From NCBI GenBank assembly GCA_043228905.1, contig JBHGNT010000014.1, forward strand, positions 19,592,001 through 19,656,000: 64,000 nt of DNA. The letters run 5' to 3'. Both the position numbers and the translations under genes were made by a program. Positions within the stretch are counted from its first letter, which is position 1; each line of letters begins with the position of its first letter. Under the pieces are notes generated by a model. It was not told the origin of the DNA, did no database searches, and saw only the letters and a list, made by a program, of their open reading frames with translations. Below, piece after piece: positions 48,207 through 60,576 of the stretch. The stretch comes from Azolla caroliniana. Taxonomy: Eukaryota; Plantae; Polypodiophyta.

Positions 48207-51200
48207 TGTAGAAAGTAGCGTGCGAAAGCAAGTATGAAGACCGAACAGAAGGAAGAACATTCAGGTTTAATGGAGAGCTTGAGCTTACGCAGTATACGAG
48301 GGAGAGATAGAGAGAGAATAAACACAAGAAGTATATTCAACAACAACACACAATCTCTACTTACCATTTTTTACATATGTGTGTTCAATGAACACTTTGT
48401 ACAAATCCTTGAAGGACTGACCGAAGTACTGACAGTACTTCAATGCTCATTAAGAGCTCCTACACTAACTCCCAAATATATTCCTCACGGAATATCTTTC
48501 CTAACGGCCTCCCGGTTTACGCACTCGGCCTAACCGATCGGTCCCAACCGATTCGGTCCTCGGCTTCTTCAGCCGATCCGGCCAATGTTGAGCTTGTCTC
48601 TCAACACTCCCCCTCAAGCTCAACTCGAGGCTCTTCGGGATCTTTGGGCTCACAACTCCGGTTCCTCCTGGCTTCACGCCTCGCTCGCCCTCCTCGACAT
48701 GTTCGACTCCGCGCGCTTCGACCCTTCCGGTCGGCTTGTCTGCTCATGTGGCCCTTATAAGCTCTTCTGTTGTTGCGGTGTTGACGCTTCTCCTGCTGCC
48801 TTTTCTTCCGCTTGGGCCTCGGTTGATTCAGCGTATCTCAATCAAACATCCAAACCGACTCGGCTACCTCCGATCGGTTTTCGCTCTCGTCCGAGTTGGC
48901 ATTCTCCAACTTGTCTTCGGTCTTCTCGCCCTCGATGGCGTCATCTTCCCCATGCATGGTTGGCTTCAGCTCTCTCCTTCGGCTGCTCCCCTTCTGTCCG
49001 CTTCCGGACTTTTCCGCGGGTCCGCCCTCGGCTTCTTCAGCCGATCCAACGTCGAACTCGACAACCGAGTCAACAACCGAGTCAACCGACTCGGTGTCGC
49101 GGTCTCCGCTCCTTTCCTGTTGCCTTGCTTGGTCGTTCGGGACTGTTCTCCCCCTCAAGTTTGGCACGTCGAGGTGACGCAACCCGAGTGCACCCGAGAA
49201 TTGCCGCAACTTGTCCAGACCAAGAGGCTTAGTGAAGATGTCGGCAGTCTACCGATCCGTCGGCACATACTGAAGTTTGACTTCACCGGAAAGGACACGC
49301 TCACGGACGAAATGGTAGTGCACCTCAATGTGCTTGGTCCATGTGTGGAAAACGGGGTTTTTCGTGAGCTGGATGCTGTTGAGGTTGTCGCAGTAGATCG
49401 TCGTCGGAGCTGACACCTCCTCTTGCAGGTCCTTAAGTAGCCGCTTCAACCATATGGCTTCGCATGTCGCGACAGCCGCTCCTCGATACTCAGCTTCGGT
49501 GCTCGACAATGCAATTGTCGGCTACTTCTTACTGCTCCACGCGATCGCAGCACTCCCGAGGGAGAACGCGTATCCGGATGTGGATCGGCGATCGGCGGCG
49601 TTGCCAGCCCAATCAGCATCAGTGTAGCCGACTAACTGCGCGATTGCACCAATCCGATATAGCAGTCCCCGGTCCTTAGTGTCGTTGACATACCGAAGTA
49701 TGCGTTGCGCACACTGAAGGTGCTCCTCGGTAGGTCACGCCATGAACTGACTGATCACTCCGACCGGATAACTAAGGTCGGGTCGGGTGATGGTCAAGTA
49801 TATGAGGCTTCCAACAATTTGTCGGGACCTCGTCGGGTCGTATACCTTTCCCATATCGGGACGAAGCTTGACGGTTCTGTCCAGAGGAGTCGAGACGGAC
49901 TTACAGTCGACCATCCCGAATTTGAAGAGCATACTCAGCACGTAATGACGTTGGCTGATCAATATGCCTTTGGGGGTACGGATCACTTCGATCCCGAGGA
50001 AGTAATGAAGGTCCCCCAAATCCTTCATGTCAAACGATGCCGCAAGCTGGAGCTTCACGCGGTCGATTTCACCTAGGTTGGCACCGGTGATGACCAAGTC
50101 ATCAACATATAGTAAAATACTAACCGGTCCGAGTCGACCTTGCCGAATGAACAGGGAAGAGTCCGATTTTGACGTGGCGAAGCCCATCCGACTCAGTTGT
50201 TGCGTGATCTTCGCGTTCCAGGCACGCGGGGCTTGCTTCAGTTCGTAAAGGGACTTCTTCAGTCGGCATACTGCCGAGGAGTTCGTTCCAGAGTGAAATC
50301 CGGGGGGCTGTACCATGTACACCTATTCCTCAAGGTCACCTTGTAGGAACGCATTCTTTACATCCATCTGATGTAAATGCCACCCCTTCACCGCAGCTAC
50401 TGCGAGCAAAACACGGACGATCGTCATTTTCGCGACCGGCGCAAACGTCTCGTCGTAGTCGATGCCGTGTTTCTGCGCGTAGCCCTTTGTCACTAGCCGA
50501 GCCTTGTACCGGTTGACCGAGCCATCGGTGTTGTACTTGACCTTGTACACCCACCTACACCCGATCGGTTTTACCCCTCTTGGTGCATCAACCAAGTCCC
50601 AGGTCTTGTTCTCCGCCAATGCGTGCATCTCTTCCTTCATCGCGGCACGCCAATTCGCGTCTTTAGCCGCTTCAGCATAGCTCTCCGGCTCACGCACTTC
50701 CGCTACACGGGTCATGTACGCATAATGATGCGCCATGTACTCGTTGTATCCGAATTGTAAAACAGGATTCTTCTGGCGGGTAAATCCGCGTAATCTCACA
50801 TTAGCCGATGTCGAGGCCTTCTCGGTCGACGCGGACTTCACCTTTAAAGACCCGTCACCGGTTCCCTCAGAGTCAGACTCGTGTCGGTCTGACTCGTTCC
50901 TATCCGTACCGGAATCCGATACCTTCTTCTTCCCTTTCTCTTTGCGCGTAAGCCATCTCCTCGGCTTCCTGCGTGGGAAATGCACGGCTGAGTCTCCACT
51001 ACTCGCCGGCTCTTCATCGGACTGGTCGTACCGACTCAGTCGTCCAATCGGTCCACTTAAACGAAGTGAAATCGGACTCTCTTCGTGGGTCTCAATTTCG
51101 GGCTCATCCGGAGGCATCTCGGCCTCGCTGACCTCATCGTCCGAGCTCGGATTGGAGTCGGGGTTCGGAGTCGGGGGCTGGTACCAGGACGCGGACTCGT

Positions 51201-53920
51201 CAAACACAACGCCACGGCTAACACGCGCTTGTTTGATGCGAGGATTATAGCACTTATAACCCTTCTGCTCGTCCGAGTAACCGACCAAGATGCATTTCTC
51301 GGCCTTTGCGTCCAGCTTCCTCCTTTTCTCCTTCGGTACATGCACATACGCGATGCTACCTAACACCCTCAAGTGTCGCAAGTTTGGCTTCGTTCCGAAA
51401 TATAGCTCGTGCGCCGACTCTTTGTCTCCGATCCGGTTCTGGATGTATACCGCAGTCCTTACCGCCTCGGCCCAGTAGAACTTGGGCAAACTCTTCTCCT
51501 CCAACATTGCCCGTGCCGGTTCCACAACTGACTGATTCTTCCTCTCGGCCACGCCGTTCTGCTCCGGCGTGTATCTACAACTGAATTTGCGCCGAATTCC
51601 CATTTGTTGTAGATAACCGTTGAATTGACCAGAAAGGTACTCTTTCCCGCCATCCGACCGTAGGCACTTGATCTTTCGTCCCGTTTCCGTTTCCACGAAC
51701 CCTTTGAGCTCCCGGAAACAGTCGAAGACTTCACTCTTCCTCTCAATGAGGTAGATCCACGTGTGCCATGTGTGGTCGTCGATGAAGGAGACGAAATATC
51801 GGCTCCCGCCAAGACTAACGTTTTGTGTCGGCCCCCATACATCGGAGTGTATAAGGTCGAGCTTGTTCCGGGTCCGGTTTCGCTCGTTTGGGAAAGGAAG
51901 TCGGTGTTGCTTCCCGAGCTGGCAGGCTTCACAAATTTGTGCCTTTCGGCCACTAAATTTGGGAATTCCGAACACTACCTGTTTCGATTGCAGATCTTGA
52001 AGCCGTTCGTAGTTGACATGGCCTATCCGCTTGTGCCACAAGTCGATATCCGACTCGGATTTTCGTCCCTTCGCGAACATTGCAGTGCCGCCATCAGTGG
52101 AGTCGAGGATGAACATCCTCCCGTCTCTGCACCCTTGCACAATCACACGGCCTTCTTCCTCAATGAAGCACCCGAGGTGTGTAAACCGAACCTCCATCCC
52201 TTGGTCGACGATCTGTCCGACCGAGACCAAGTTCTTCGTGATTGTCGGGACGTGCAACACGTTCATGAGTTTCCTTTTCTACCTGACATGGCTAAGGGGA
52301 ACTTCTCCGACATTCACGATCGGATGCGGAGTGTCGTCTCCAGTTGCGACTACTCCAGGTTGTATCGGTTTTTCAAGGTACGAGAACCACTCCTTATGGC
52401 TCATCATGTGGTTTGACACGCCGGAGTCTACGTACCACACCTCGTCCGATCTCGGGGTGGTCTGTTTCATTGAGTTTGCTTTGTGTTTCGTCACGAAGGC
52501 CGACCCTTCTCCGGCTCTCCCGAAGTCTTTGGCATAGTGCGATCGTTGCCGATTTCCCTTGTCGGTATGTCCGGAGCTGTTTCTGGAACCGGTTCTCTCC
52601 GAATCGGCGCGCTTCTTCCAGCACTCACTTTCCCTATGGCCTTTCTTGCCACAGTACCAGCACTCCGCACTGGCCTTCCCTTGCCGGTTCTCATCGCTTC
52701 GACTCCCCCTGTTTCCGGAGGGTCCGGAGTTGCTGTCGGCATCACTTCGGTGCCTTCTTCCTTGATCTCGTCGGCCGCCTCCATTGCACGCCGACCCGCC
52801 TCGTCCTCCACGTCCACGGGGCCTATCTCCCTCCGTGTACAACATTCTGTTGTCGATGTGCGTGCTTGTAGACGCACCCGCGTGGTTCTCCTCTACCAGG
52901 AGCATTGACTGTAAGTCGAAAAAGGACGGCGTACTCTCCCGGGTACACACAGCCGTTCGGAACGCTCCGAACTACGACGCCAAACCTCCGAGACAGATCT
53001 GGACCATCTCGCTCTCCTCGATGTTCACCTCTATGGAGGCGAGGGAGTTGCAGATATCCTTGATCTTCGAGGTATAGTCCGCCACCGACAAGTCGCGCTG
53101 TCGTAGGTTGCTAAACTCCTGTCGGAGCTGAAGCTTCCTGGTTGTGGTGCTCACGGCGAAAATCTTCTTCAGATTTTCCCACGCACCCTTCGGCGTCTTT
53201 GCATCCCAAACATAGCTCAATAGTTGTTCCCCCACACACGACGCGAAGCAGTATAATACCCTGCTCGCCGATTGCTCCCACGACGGGAAGTCTCTGTGTG
53301 TCGATTCGGGTGCCGCGTCATTAGCTCCTTCGACATAACTCCAGTAGTCGTGCCCGAGCAGGTACTAGTGCATCTTGTAGGACCAAGACGTGTAGTTGGT
53401 TCTGTCGAGCTTCTCTGTTCGAAGCGAGCTCGCCATGCCTCTATCCATCGCTCTTCTTGTTCTTCTTCGTCAAGCTGTGTCGGCTGCAGAGAGGTTCTCA
53501 ACCCTCGCGCTCTAATACCATGTAGAAAGTAGCGTGCGGAAGCAAGTATGAAGACCGAAGAGAAGGAAGAACGTTCAGGTTTAATGGAGAGCTTGAGCTT
53601 ACGCAGTATACGCGGGAGAGACAGACAGAGAATAAACACAATAAGTATATTCAACAACAGTACATAATCTCTACTTACCATTTTTTACATATGTGTGTTC
53701 AATGAACACTTTGTACAAGTCCTCGAAGGACTGACCGAAGTACTGACACTACTTCAATGCTCATTAAGAGCTCCTACACTAACTCCCAAATATATTCCTC
53801 ACGGAATAGCTTTCCTAACGGCCTCCCGGTTTACGCACTCGACCTAACCGATCGGTCCCAACCGATTCGGTCCTCGGCTTCTTCAGTCGATCCGGCCAAT
53901 GTTGAGCTTGTCTCTCAACA
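48207..53920 (-). mobile_element. Full-length decayed Copia
   Basis: 400-bp LTRs 48207-48606 and 53521-53920, TSD CCTCT, PBS TGGTATTAGAGC, PPT 48607-48620. Confidence 0.96.
48838..53436 (-). pseudogene. Copia gag-pol, disrupted
   Basis: CWYCGKKGHRESEC, WYVDSG, integrase, RT (LYVDD) and RNase H. Several stops and frameshifts. Confidence 0.93.
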
Positions 53921-55421
53921 CCTCTCGAATGTAGCAAAGCACATGATCATGAATGCATGATGCAAGGCAATACAACACACTGCTTGCAACCTCCTCCCAA
54001 GCGGGATAGTTGGCATGTGTTGGGTTGGGTTGTGATTCGTGAGCTCCTTCAATGTAGCTCCAGTAGCCTTGTCCGACAAGGTATTGATGCATCTTGTATT
54101 CCCAAGATGCAAAGTTCATTCCGTCGAGCTTCTCGGTATGAAGAGCGCTTCCCATTTGAGTATTCATGGCGATTTCTTCTCTGTTCTTGGGCCAGTTCTG
54201 TTGATTGTCAGCATGCACAACATAGTCGAATAGGCTTAATCAGGCAACCACACGCTATGATACCATGTAATGGAATGGAAGGCAAGAGTGATTGCAATGC
54301 AGCGGAAGAAGATTGAGAGTGTGTGTGTGTGTGTGAGGCAATAGAGGGAGGGAGAGAGAGAGAGAGCGCTCTTAAGGCAGAGAGAGAAAAATTGTATATT
54401 AACCAAAAAAATACATCCAACAGTAACTAAGTTACAATGTGTTGGTTTATATACCAACTAAGCTATGGCAAGTACCCTTTCTACTATTTACAAAACTAGC
54501 CCAACATGTCCATGAGCTAGTGTGAAACCTATCTATGGGAAGTTGAGTTTGACTCTCAATTGGAGAAACAACAAACCAAGGCAGTAGTTTGAATATCACA
54601 CCTTAGATCATAGCCTTCCCAACCATAAATGAGTGTGATACATCAGATCAGATCCTTTTATAGGAAACTGGTGTCATTACAAAACAGTGCCCTATCGGCA
54701 ACCGGCTACGAATTAGTTCAGATTCGGATCGGTACAACTATACCGGATCCATCCCTCCAAATAATAATTCTATTTAATTCTAAATATATAGATTTCTCCG
54801 ACTCGCCCTTTTCCCACTTGTACTTTGGGCCCTTAACTGGCCAAAACATGGCACACCCGTGGGAAAGTGCCTTGCACTTCGAACCCACAACAGTTGCCTC
54901 ACTCTTCGACCAAAATATCCAACAGACTTTGCTCTAGAGGGTTGAGTGGTACTTCATTTTGTTGCTGCTCTGTCCCTGCCGCTTTATCCGAGTTCGGTTG
55001 GAATGGTTGATCCGGTTCTCTAGCTCTGCTCTCCTCTGGTTCTTCTTGCTCTACTTCAGCGTCGGGATCTCTTCTGTCACCAGTATCGACCAGGTGCTCT
55101 GCTACTATAGTTGCTTCTATTGTTTCCCCGACTTCCTTTGGGGCTGCTCCTCTGTTTCGGCGATTGTCTCTCCTTCAGTTACGATCGTCGGCTCTTCACT
55201 GGTTACTGTTTGTGGCGGCCCATCCGTATCCTTTGTGGCCCCTTTTGTCGGCTGCTCCTCATCACTTATGGTGATGGGCGTTGTTTCTTCCACGGCTTCC
55301 TACTGCTGACACTCCCGCTCGTACTTCTCCAATTGGAGTTGAGTGTCGAGCTAGTCGTCATCCAACCTTTCCACAAGACCCCGGACTGCTCCCAGATGCT
55401 CTTCGGCTAAGGAAAAGAAGC

Positions 55422-55776
55422 TGTCAGGATCAATACTAAGACAGAGAAGGAATTAGTACTAAAAGATGAGGATTAGTACTAAGAGAGATGTAGAACTCTC
55501 GAGAGAAGGAAAGTGTGAGCGAGAGAGAGAGAGATAGAGAGATGGAAAGGGTGAGAGAGAATGATGATAAATGATATATATTATGTGAACAAAGTATACA
55601 ATAGTAGCTAGAAGGCTTAAGACTGGCGTTGAACCGATTTGGTTCGAAATAATGCCTTGTACCTCCTTTTATAGTGTTCTCAGGAGTACTCCTGAAGTTT
55701 CTAGAATGTTCCAGAGAAATCTAGAATATACATCAATTTTCTATAATAAAACATAAATGAAAATAATAGTCTACGT
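55422..55776 (-). mobile_element. LTR of the 33041 family, interrupted at 55777
   Basis: Reverse complement of ~33120-33444. Confidence 0.85.
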
Positions 55777-56592
55777 TGTCGTGGAGAAAACCGTCCCTAA
55801 GCGGAAACCGGGTATAACGTGCGTAAACTGGCCCTTACACGTGGGCACAAGTTTTGTTGTATAGTACGTAGATAGGTAGCACACATTCATTAGGGAGAAA
55901 ATCGAGGTGTATCCCTGTCCGAAAGGACAAGGAATAAACATGATGTAACCGGCGGTAACAACCTCCCTCCTGTGGGCTATAAAAGAGAGGGAGAGGTATT
56001 GTAAGGGGGGATCGCGTTTTGTGGAGCACAAAGTGCTGCCGGACTGGAACCAAGCTCTTCTCCTCTATCTTCTCCATAGTCGTTCTGTGCAGGTTTTCGG
56101 GAGGCTGACTCTACTCCGCGGTGTCGCGAAGATGCGCATGCGAGCGTGCTTCGCTTGAGCGGGACCACCGGGGTCTTGGACCAAGGAGAATGTCCATCAA
56201 GGTATTGAGAAGAGGACGATGTGAATGTAAGATTGGAGGAAGACCTATTACACTTGAGAAGATTGAAGATTGTACACTTTCAGAAGTAGATAAATAATTA
56301 CAAGATAGATGCGAAGAAGAAGAAATAGAAGCTTATATTATTGATGGTGATGATGATGGTCATATCATATTGAGCCCCCCCTTACACAAGCCATACTAGG
56401 GGTTTTATAGGTTTGTCCATGCACAAAACCATGGGCTTGGAGCCATGGTTTCTGTGCACACAGTTTTGCTTTGTGACATGCAGGAAACCATGGGCTTAAA
56501 ACCGTGGTTTTGTGTACATGGTTTTGTTCGTTTGTTTCCTACGGAATACTGAATATGAGAAAGAAATATAGAACATCTAAAGCACTTAGTAG

Positions 56593-56647
56593 TAGCTTTA
56601 GTGGTAAGGTAATTGCCTCTTACCTTAGAGGTGCAAGGTTCAAATCC
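56593..56647 (+). promoter_or_regulatory. tRNA-like A/B-box cassette in LTR (second copy 59594-59648)
   Basis: TAGCTTTAGTGGTAAGG ... GGTTCAAATCC, antisense to the element. Confidence 0.72.
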
Positions 56648-56739
56648 TACTTGCAACCCTCTACATGCACTCAATGCCATTGTGACTTAGGTTTATTTAT
56701 TTTCATTTTTACAAGTATTCGTGAAATGTGTGTGGATCC

Positions 56740-59082
56740 TCAATTTTTGAGTTTTTCTCGCACTAGACATGCCACATCACGACATCCACCCCCACCAAAC
56801 CGCACATCCTCTGGTATGTGCCAAGAAGAAAAGAGTGATGTGGAAGGGTCAAAGGTGGTTGGTGTTTGATTTCCTCCTTTCTTGTGCCTCGTCCGCACCG
56901 TCTTTTTGTCGTCTACTTCGAACTGTCGTTGCCATCCGATCCACCATATCATTCGCTCACCTTTTTTATTGCCATGTCTAGTTGTCATGGCTCCCTGTGC
57001 TCCTCCCGAGCATAACGCTTCATGCCTCGTGCATGTGCCACCTTCATCTTGGCCATCTCCTTGGTCACCTAACTTTCCTTTATCATCATTTCTCGTCTCA
57101 TGCTTGCCTTTCCTTATGCTCACTAGCCTCAACCAGGTGTCACGACTCGTCTGCTTCGACCTCCGCGTAGGCCGGTTCAACTTTTGTCTGTCTCGACCAA
57201 TCAGCTTCTGGCTTGGTCGGCCTTCCTCCGGATTCGCATTCGGCTGAATCAGACTCAGATGATCGACTTTCGTCAGGGTCAATTTCCATCCGGTTTTCGG
57301 TTGGGTCGGGCCCGTTTGATCAACTCTCGTTCGGGTCGGCTTCCGTTCAGGTCGGAATACCAACCGCGTCATCTTCCATCCGGATTGTATTCCGGTTCTT
57401 CCTTTCTTGCCACTCTTTGGCTCTTCATCGAACTCTATTGTAGCTTTGTTTTTGGCCTCCTTGTTGGCAACCGTTCCTCTGTATGCGCCGGCTTCGACCC
57501 TCATCTCCTCGCTGCCACCTTCCATCTCTCCGGTCTGATGTTGGCTCTCGGGCACAACTACCAAAGTCTTCGGAACCGGTGTGGAGGGATCCCTTCGTCT
57601 GTGGTCATCGTCCTCATTGCCACTTTGGTCCTTCGATTTCTTGCCGTCACCTTCCGTCTCTCCGGTCTCATGTTGACACTCGGGCACAACTGCCGAAGTC
57701 TCAGGAAGAAATGTGGGGAGAACCTCGACACCATTGGTCACCGTCTTCTCATCCGTAGCCATCTTTCGCTCAATGTTGTTATTCGCATTGTCTTCAATAT
57801 TTTCTTCCCCACCACTTTCCGTCTCTTGGGTCTCATGTTGGCTCTCGGACGCAACTGCCCAAGTCTCTAGATCAAGTGTTGGGAAAGTCTCGACACGGTC
57901 ATCCGCCGTGAACTCTTCCTTAGCCATCTGCGACTTGATGTCGTTTCTCGTGGTTACCGCCTCAATCACGTCGACCTCGCACTCTTTACATCCCTTGATC
58001 ACGCAAGCTTCCCTCATGCTTGCACCTTCATTACTCGATATTTCGGACACAACATGTGTTCTGAAATGCTCGTCCACTCTTAAAGCAGCATTTCCCGCTC
58101 TCGAGTCTTCGGCCCTTCTCTCGACCGTCGTTCCTCCATAAGTCGAGAAGGTGGCTTGTTTCACACCTTCTCCCATGGTACTGTCATACCAAACCTGGGC
58201 CTTCGTATTGGCCGCACCATTAGTCTGCATTTGTCGGGAGGTCTCCTCTTCGTCGATCACCATTTTCCTCGGTTTTGTTTTCAGCTTCTCTTCAACCTCG
58301 ACTTGTGCCTTTAAGTTCATTATTGCCTCTCTCATCAAGGCTTCTATGTTGAGTTCTTTCGATGCTTCCCTCTTTGAGCTTTCTTCCTTCAATGGGTTTT
58401 TATTGCCACATCCCATTCTCCTTTGAACATCCCTTGTGGGTCGTGTTGTTGTCGATGAGAGTCTCATCTCCCTCTTATCGTGTTGTCGGCATACCCTTTC
58501 CACTTTGGCCCAATCCTCAGTGAGGCCATTTTCACCATTGTCATCCTCGAGTTGGATTCCAATGGTCTTCCTTTCATTCCGATCGATTGACTTTACAAAC
58601 ATCAGAACTTTATTCACCCCCACCAATCTTCGATCCCGGTCCGAGAGTTGAGCGAAGCGATACTCAAACTCAACGAATGCATGCATAGCACTCTGGTGGG
58701 TCTTTCTCGATGACACCCATTCGTGAAACTCATACAGACCTCATCCCTTTTGCTCTTCGTAACCATATGACTCTCGTAAAGCTTCTTTGAAGGACACCCA
58801 CGAATCGTGAGTTTTTTGAATCTCTTTAATCTCTTCGAAGATCGGTTCGGCCACCACTCGACAAAAGTACTCCAGCCTCATTGCTTCCTCCACTCCTCTT
58901 GAATCCATTTCGGCATTGTAGGCCTTTAGAAATTTTTGGACTTTGCCTCCATCGAAAAACCCAACTCGCTTGATCATGCTTTCGACGGCTTGTTGGGCTG
59001 CATGTCGTGTTTTCCCTTCTCTTGAAAACTCCATCATCATCTTTGACATTGCATCCATTAGATATTCCTCGTCCAGCTTCAT
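56740..59082 (-). pseudogene. Gag-like ORF (~780 codons, one internal TGA) with long low-complexity tail
   Basis: 58741..59082 and 56740..58716 are in frame. The N-terminus is homologous to the other Trp-group Gags. No protease, RT or integrase motifs. Confidence 0.8.
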
Positions 59083-60576
59083 CCTCCCCTACCGCTCTTC
59101 ACGTCGGGTTCACCAAATAAAATGTCGCGAAGATGCGCGTGCGAGCGTGCTTCGCTTGAGCGGGACCACCGGGGTCTTGGACCAAGGAGAATGTCCATCA
59201 AGGTATTGAGAAGAGGACGATGTGAATGTAAGATTGGAGGAAGACCTATTACACTTGAGAAGATTGAAGATTGTACACTTTCAGAAGTAGATAAATAATT
59301 ACAAGATAGATGCGAAGAAGAAGAAATAGAAGCTTATATTATTGATGGTGATGATGATGGTCATATCATATTGAGCCCCCCCTTACACAAGCCGTACTAG
59401 GGGTTTTATAGGTTTGTCCATGCACAAAACCATGGGCTTGGAGCCATGGTTTCTGTGCACACAGTTTTGCTTTGTGACATGCAGGAAACCATGGGCTTAA
59501 AACCGTGGTTTTGTGTACACGGTTTTGTTCGTTTGTTTCCTACGGAATACTGAATATGAGAAAGAAATATAGAACATCTAAAGCACTTAGTAGTAGCTTT
59601 AGTGGTAAGGTAATTGCCTCTTACCTTAGAGGTGCAAGGTTCAAATCCTACTTGCAACCCTCTACATGCACTCAATGCCATTGTGACTTAGGTTTATTTA
59701 TTTTCATTTTTACAAGTATTCGTGAAATGTGTGTGGATCCTCAATTTTTGAGTTTTTCTCGCACTAGACATGCCACATCACGACAGCGGAATGCCTGAGT
59801 GCTTCCGGTAGAGTCTCCATCTCGTGTTCTGTGTGTGTGTGTGCAGGCGTCGGAGCCTATCACTCGTCGGCTTGCCGGTTGTAACTCCTTGATTTATATA
59901 TACATATACATTCGTTCTGTCTCCATTGTTCAGAGTTAGTTGCAACTCCTATGAATCTATGTGTCTCTGCGTGTGTGAAGTACATCAGTAGTTTCCTTCC
60001 CCTCTTCTCATTCGGTTATTTCTCGGTCCAAGGCCCCCGTTGTCCCGCCTCGTTCTCCACGCACGCGCGTAACAACGCGACATATTTGGTGAACCCGACG
60101 TGAACATGCGACAGAGGAATAGAAAGATGAGAGGGTCAGATCTTGCAGAAGCCATGGCTTCGGCTATAGATCGGACAGTGAGTGCACGCTAAGGCATTGG
60201 CGCCCTCGATAGGGCTATTGAAGCAGTCGTCAACACGATAGGCCAGTTCGGTGGGAAGAACGCCATGAGCTATTTGGAGGCTTACCGAGCCGAAATGGTG
60301 ATGAGGGACATCCAGAGGACAGGCGACTGGCCAAATTCCATCAGGTGGCAATGCCGGCATCCACGCGGAGGTGCTTGAGGTATGGGCTGAGAATCGGACC
60401 TGGGAAAAGTTTGAATGTCAGCTCCTTGAAAAATACGGGCTTGATTACGCGTTTCGGTTATAGAATCGGAACTTCATGGAATGGGTGGAGACCCCCGAAA
60501 AGGGGAGAAACGCGTCTATGCTCCTTCGGGAGTTTGAAGAACGCTTCGCACGTCTTTCTGCACTGGACCGGACCGT

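Larger units (their letters stand above)
15540..54561 (-). mobile_element. Old host Copia element expanded by nested insertions
   Basis: LTRs 15540-15844 and 54266-54561 (diverged, terminal CA mutated), TSD GGAGA at 15535-15539 and 54562-54566, PBS at 54254-54265. Colinear internal pieces at 53921-54265, 47924-48206, 43886-44608, 33445-34955 and 15845-15916. Confidence 0.75.
56122..59785 (-). mobile_element. Young gag-only (pol-less) Trp-primed LTR element
   Basis: 663-bp LTRs 56122-56784 and 59123-59785 (about 3 differences seen), TSD GCGG, PBS 59115-59099, PPT 56785-56799. Confidence 0.95.
55777..60576 (+). mobile_element. Trp-primed Gypsy 5' LTR (split) plus gag start
   Basis: LTR 55777-56121 plus 59786-60082, PBS 60087-60103, decayed gag similar to the 31118 ORF. 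Confidence 0.85.

Noticed and set aside
54567-55421. Possible host gene or older LTR element continuing from ~4667
   Set aside because: No recognisable domain, PBS or paired LTR in the window, so it is left unannotated.
56585-56660. Functional tRNA gene
   Set aside because: A and B boxes are present but I cannot build convincing acceptor and anticodon stems. It lies inside an LTR and is reported as a tRNA-like cassette.
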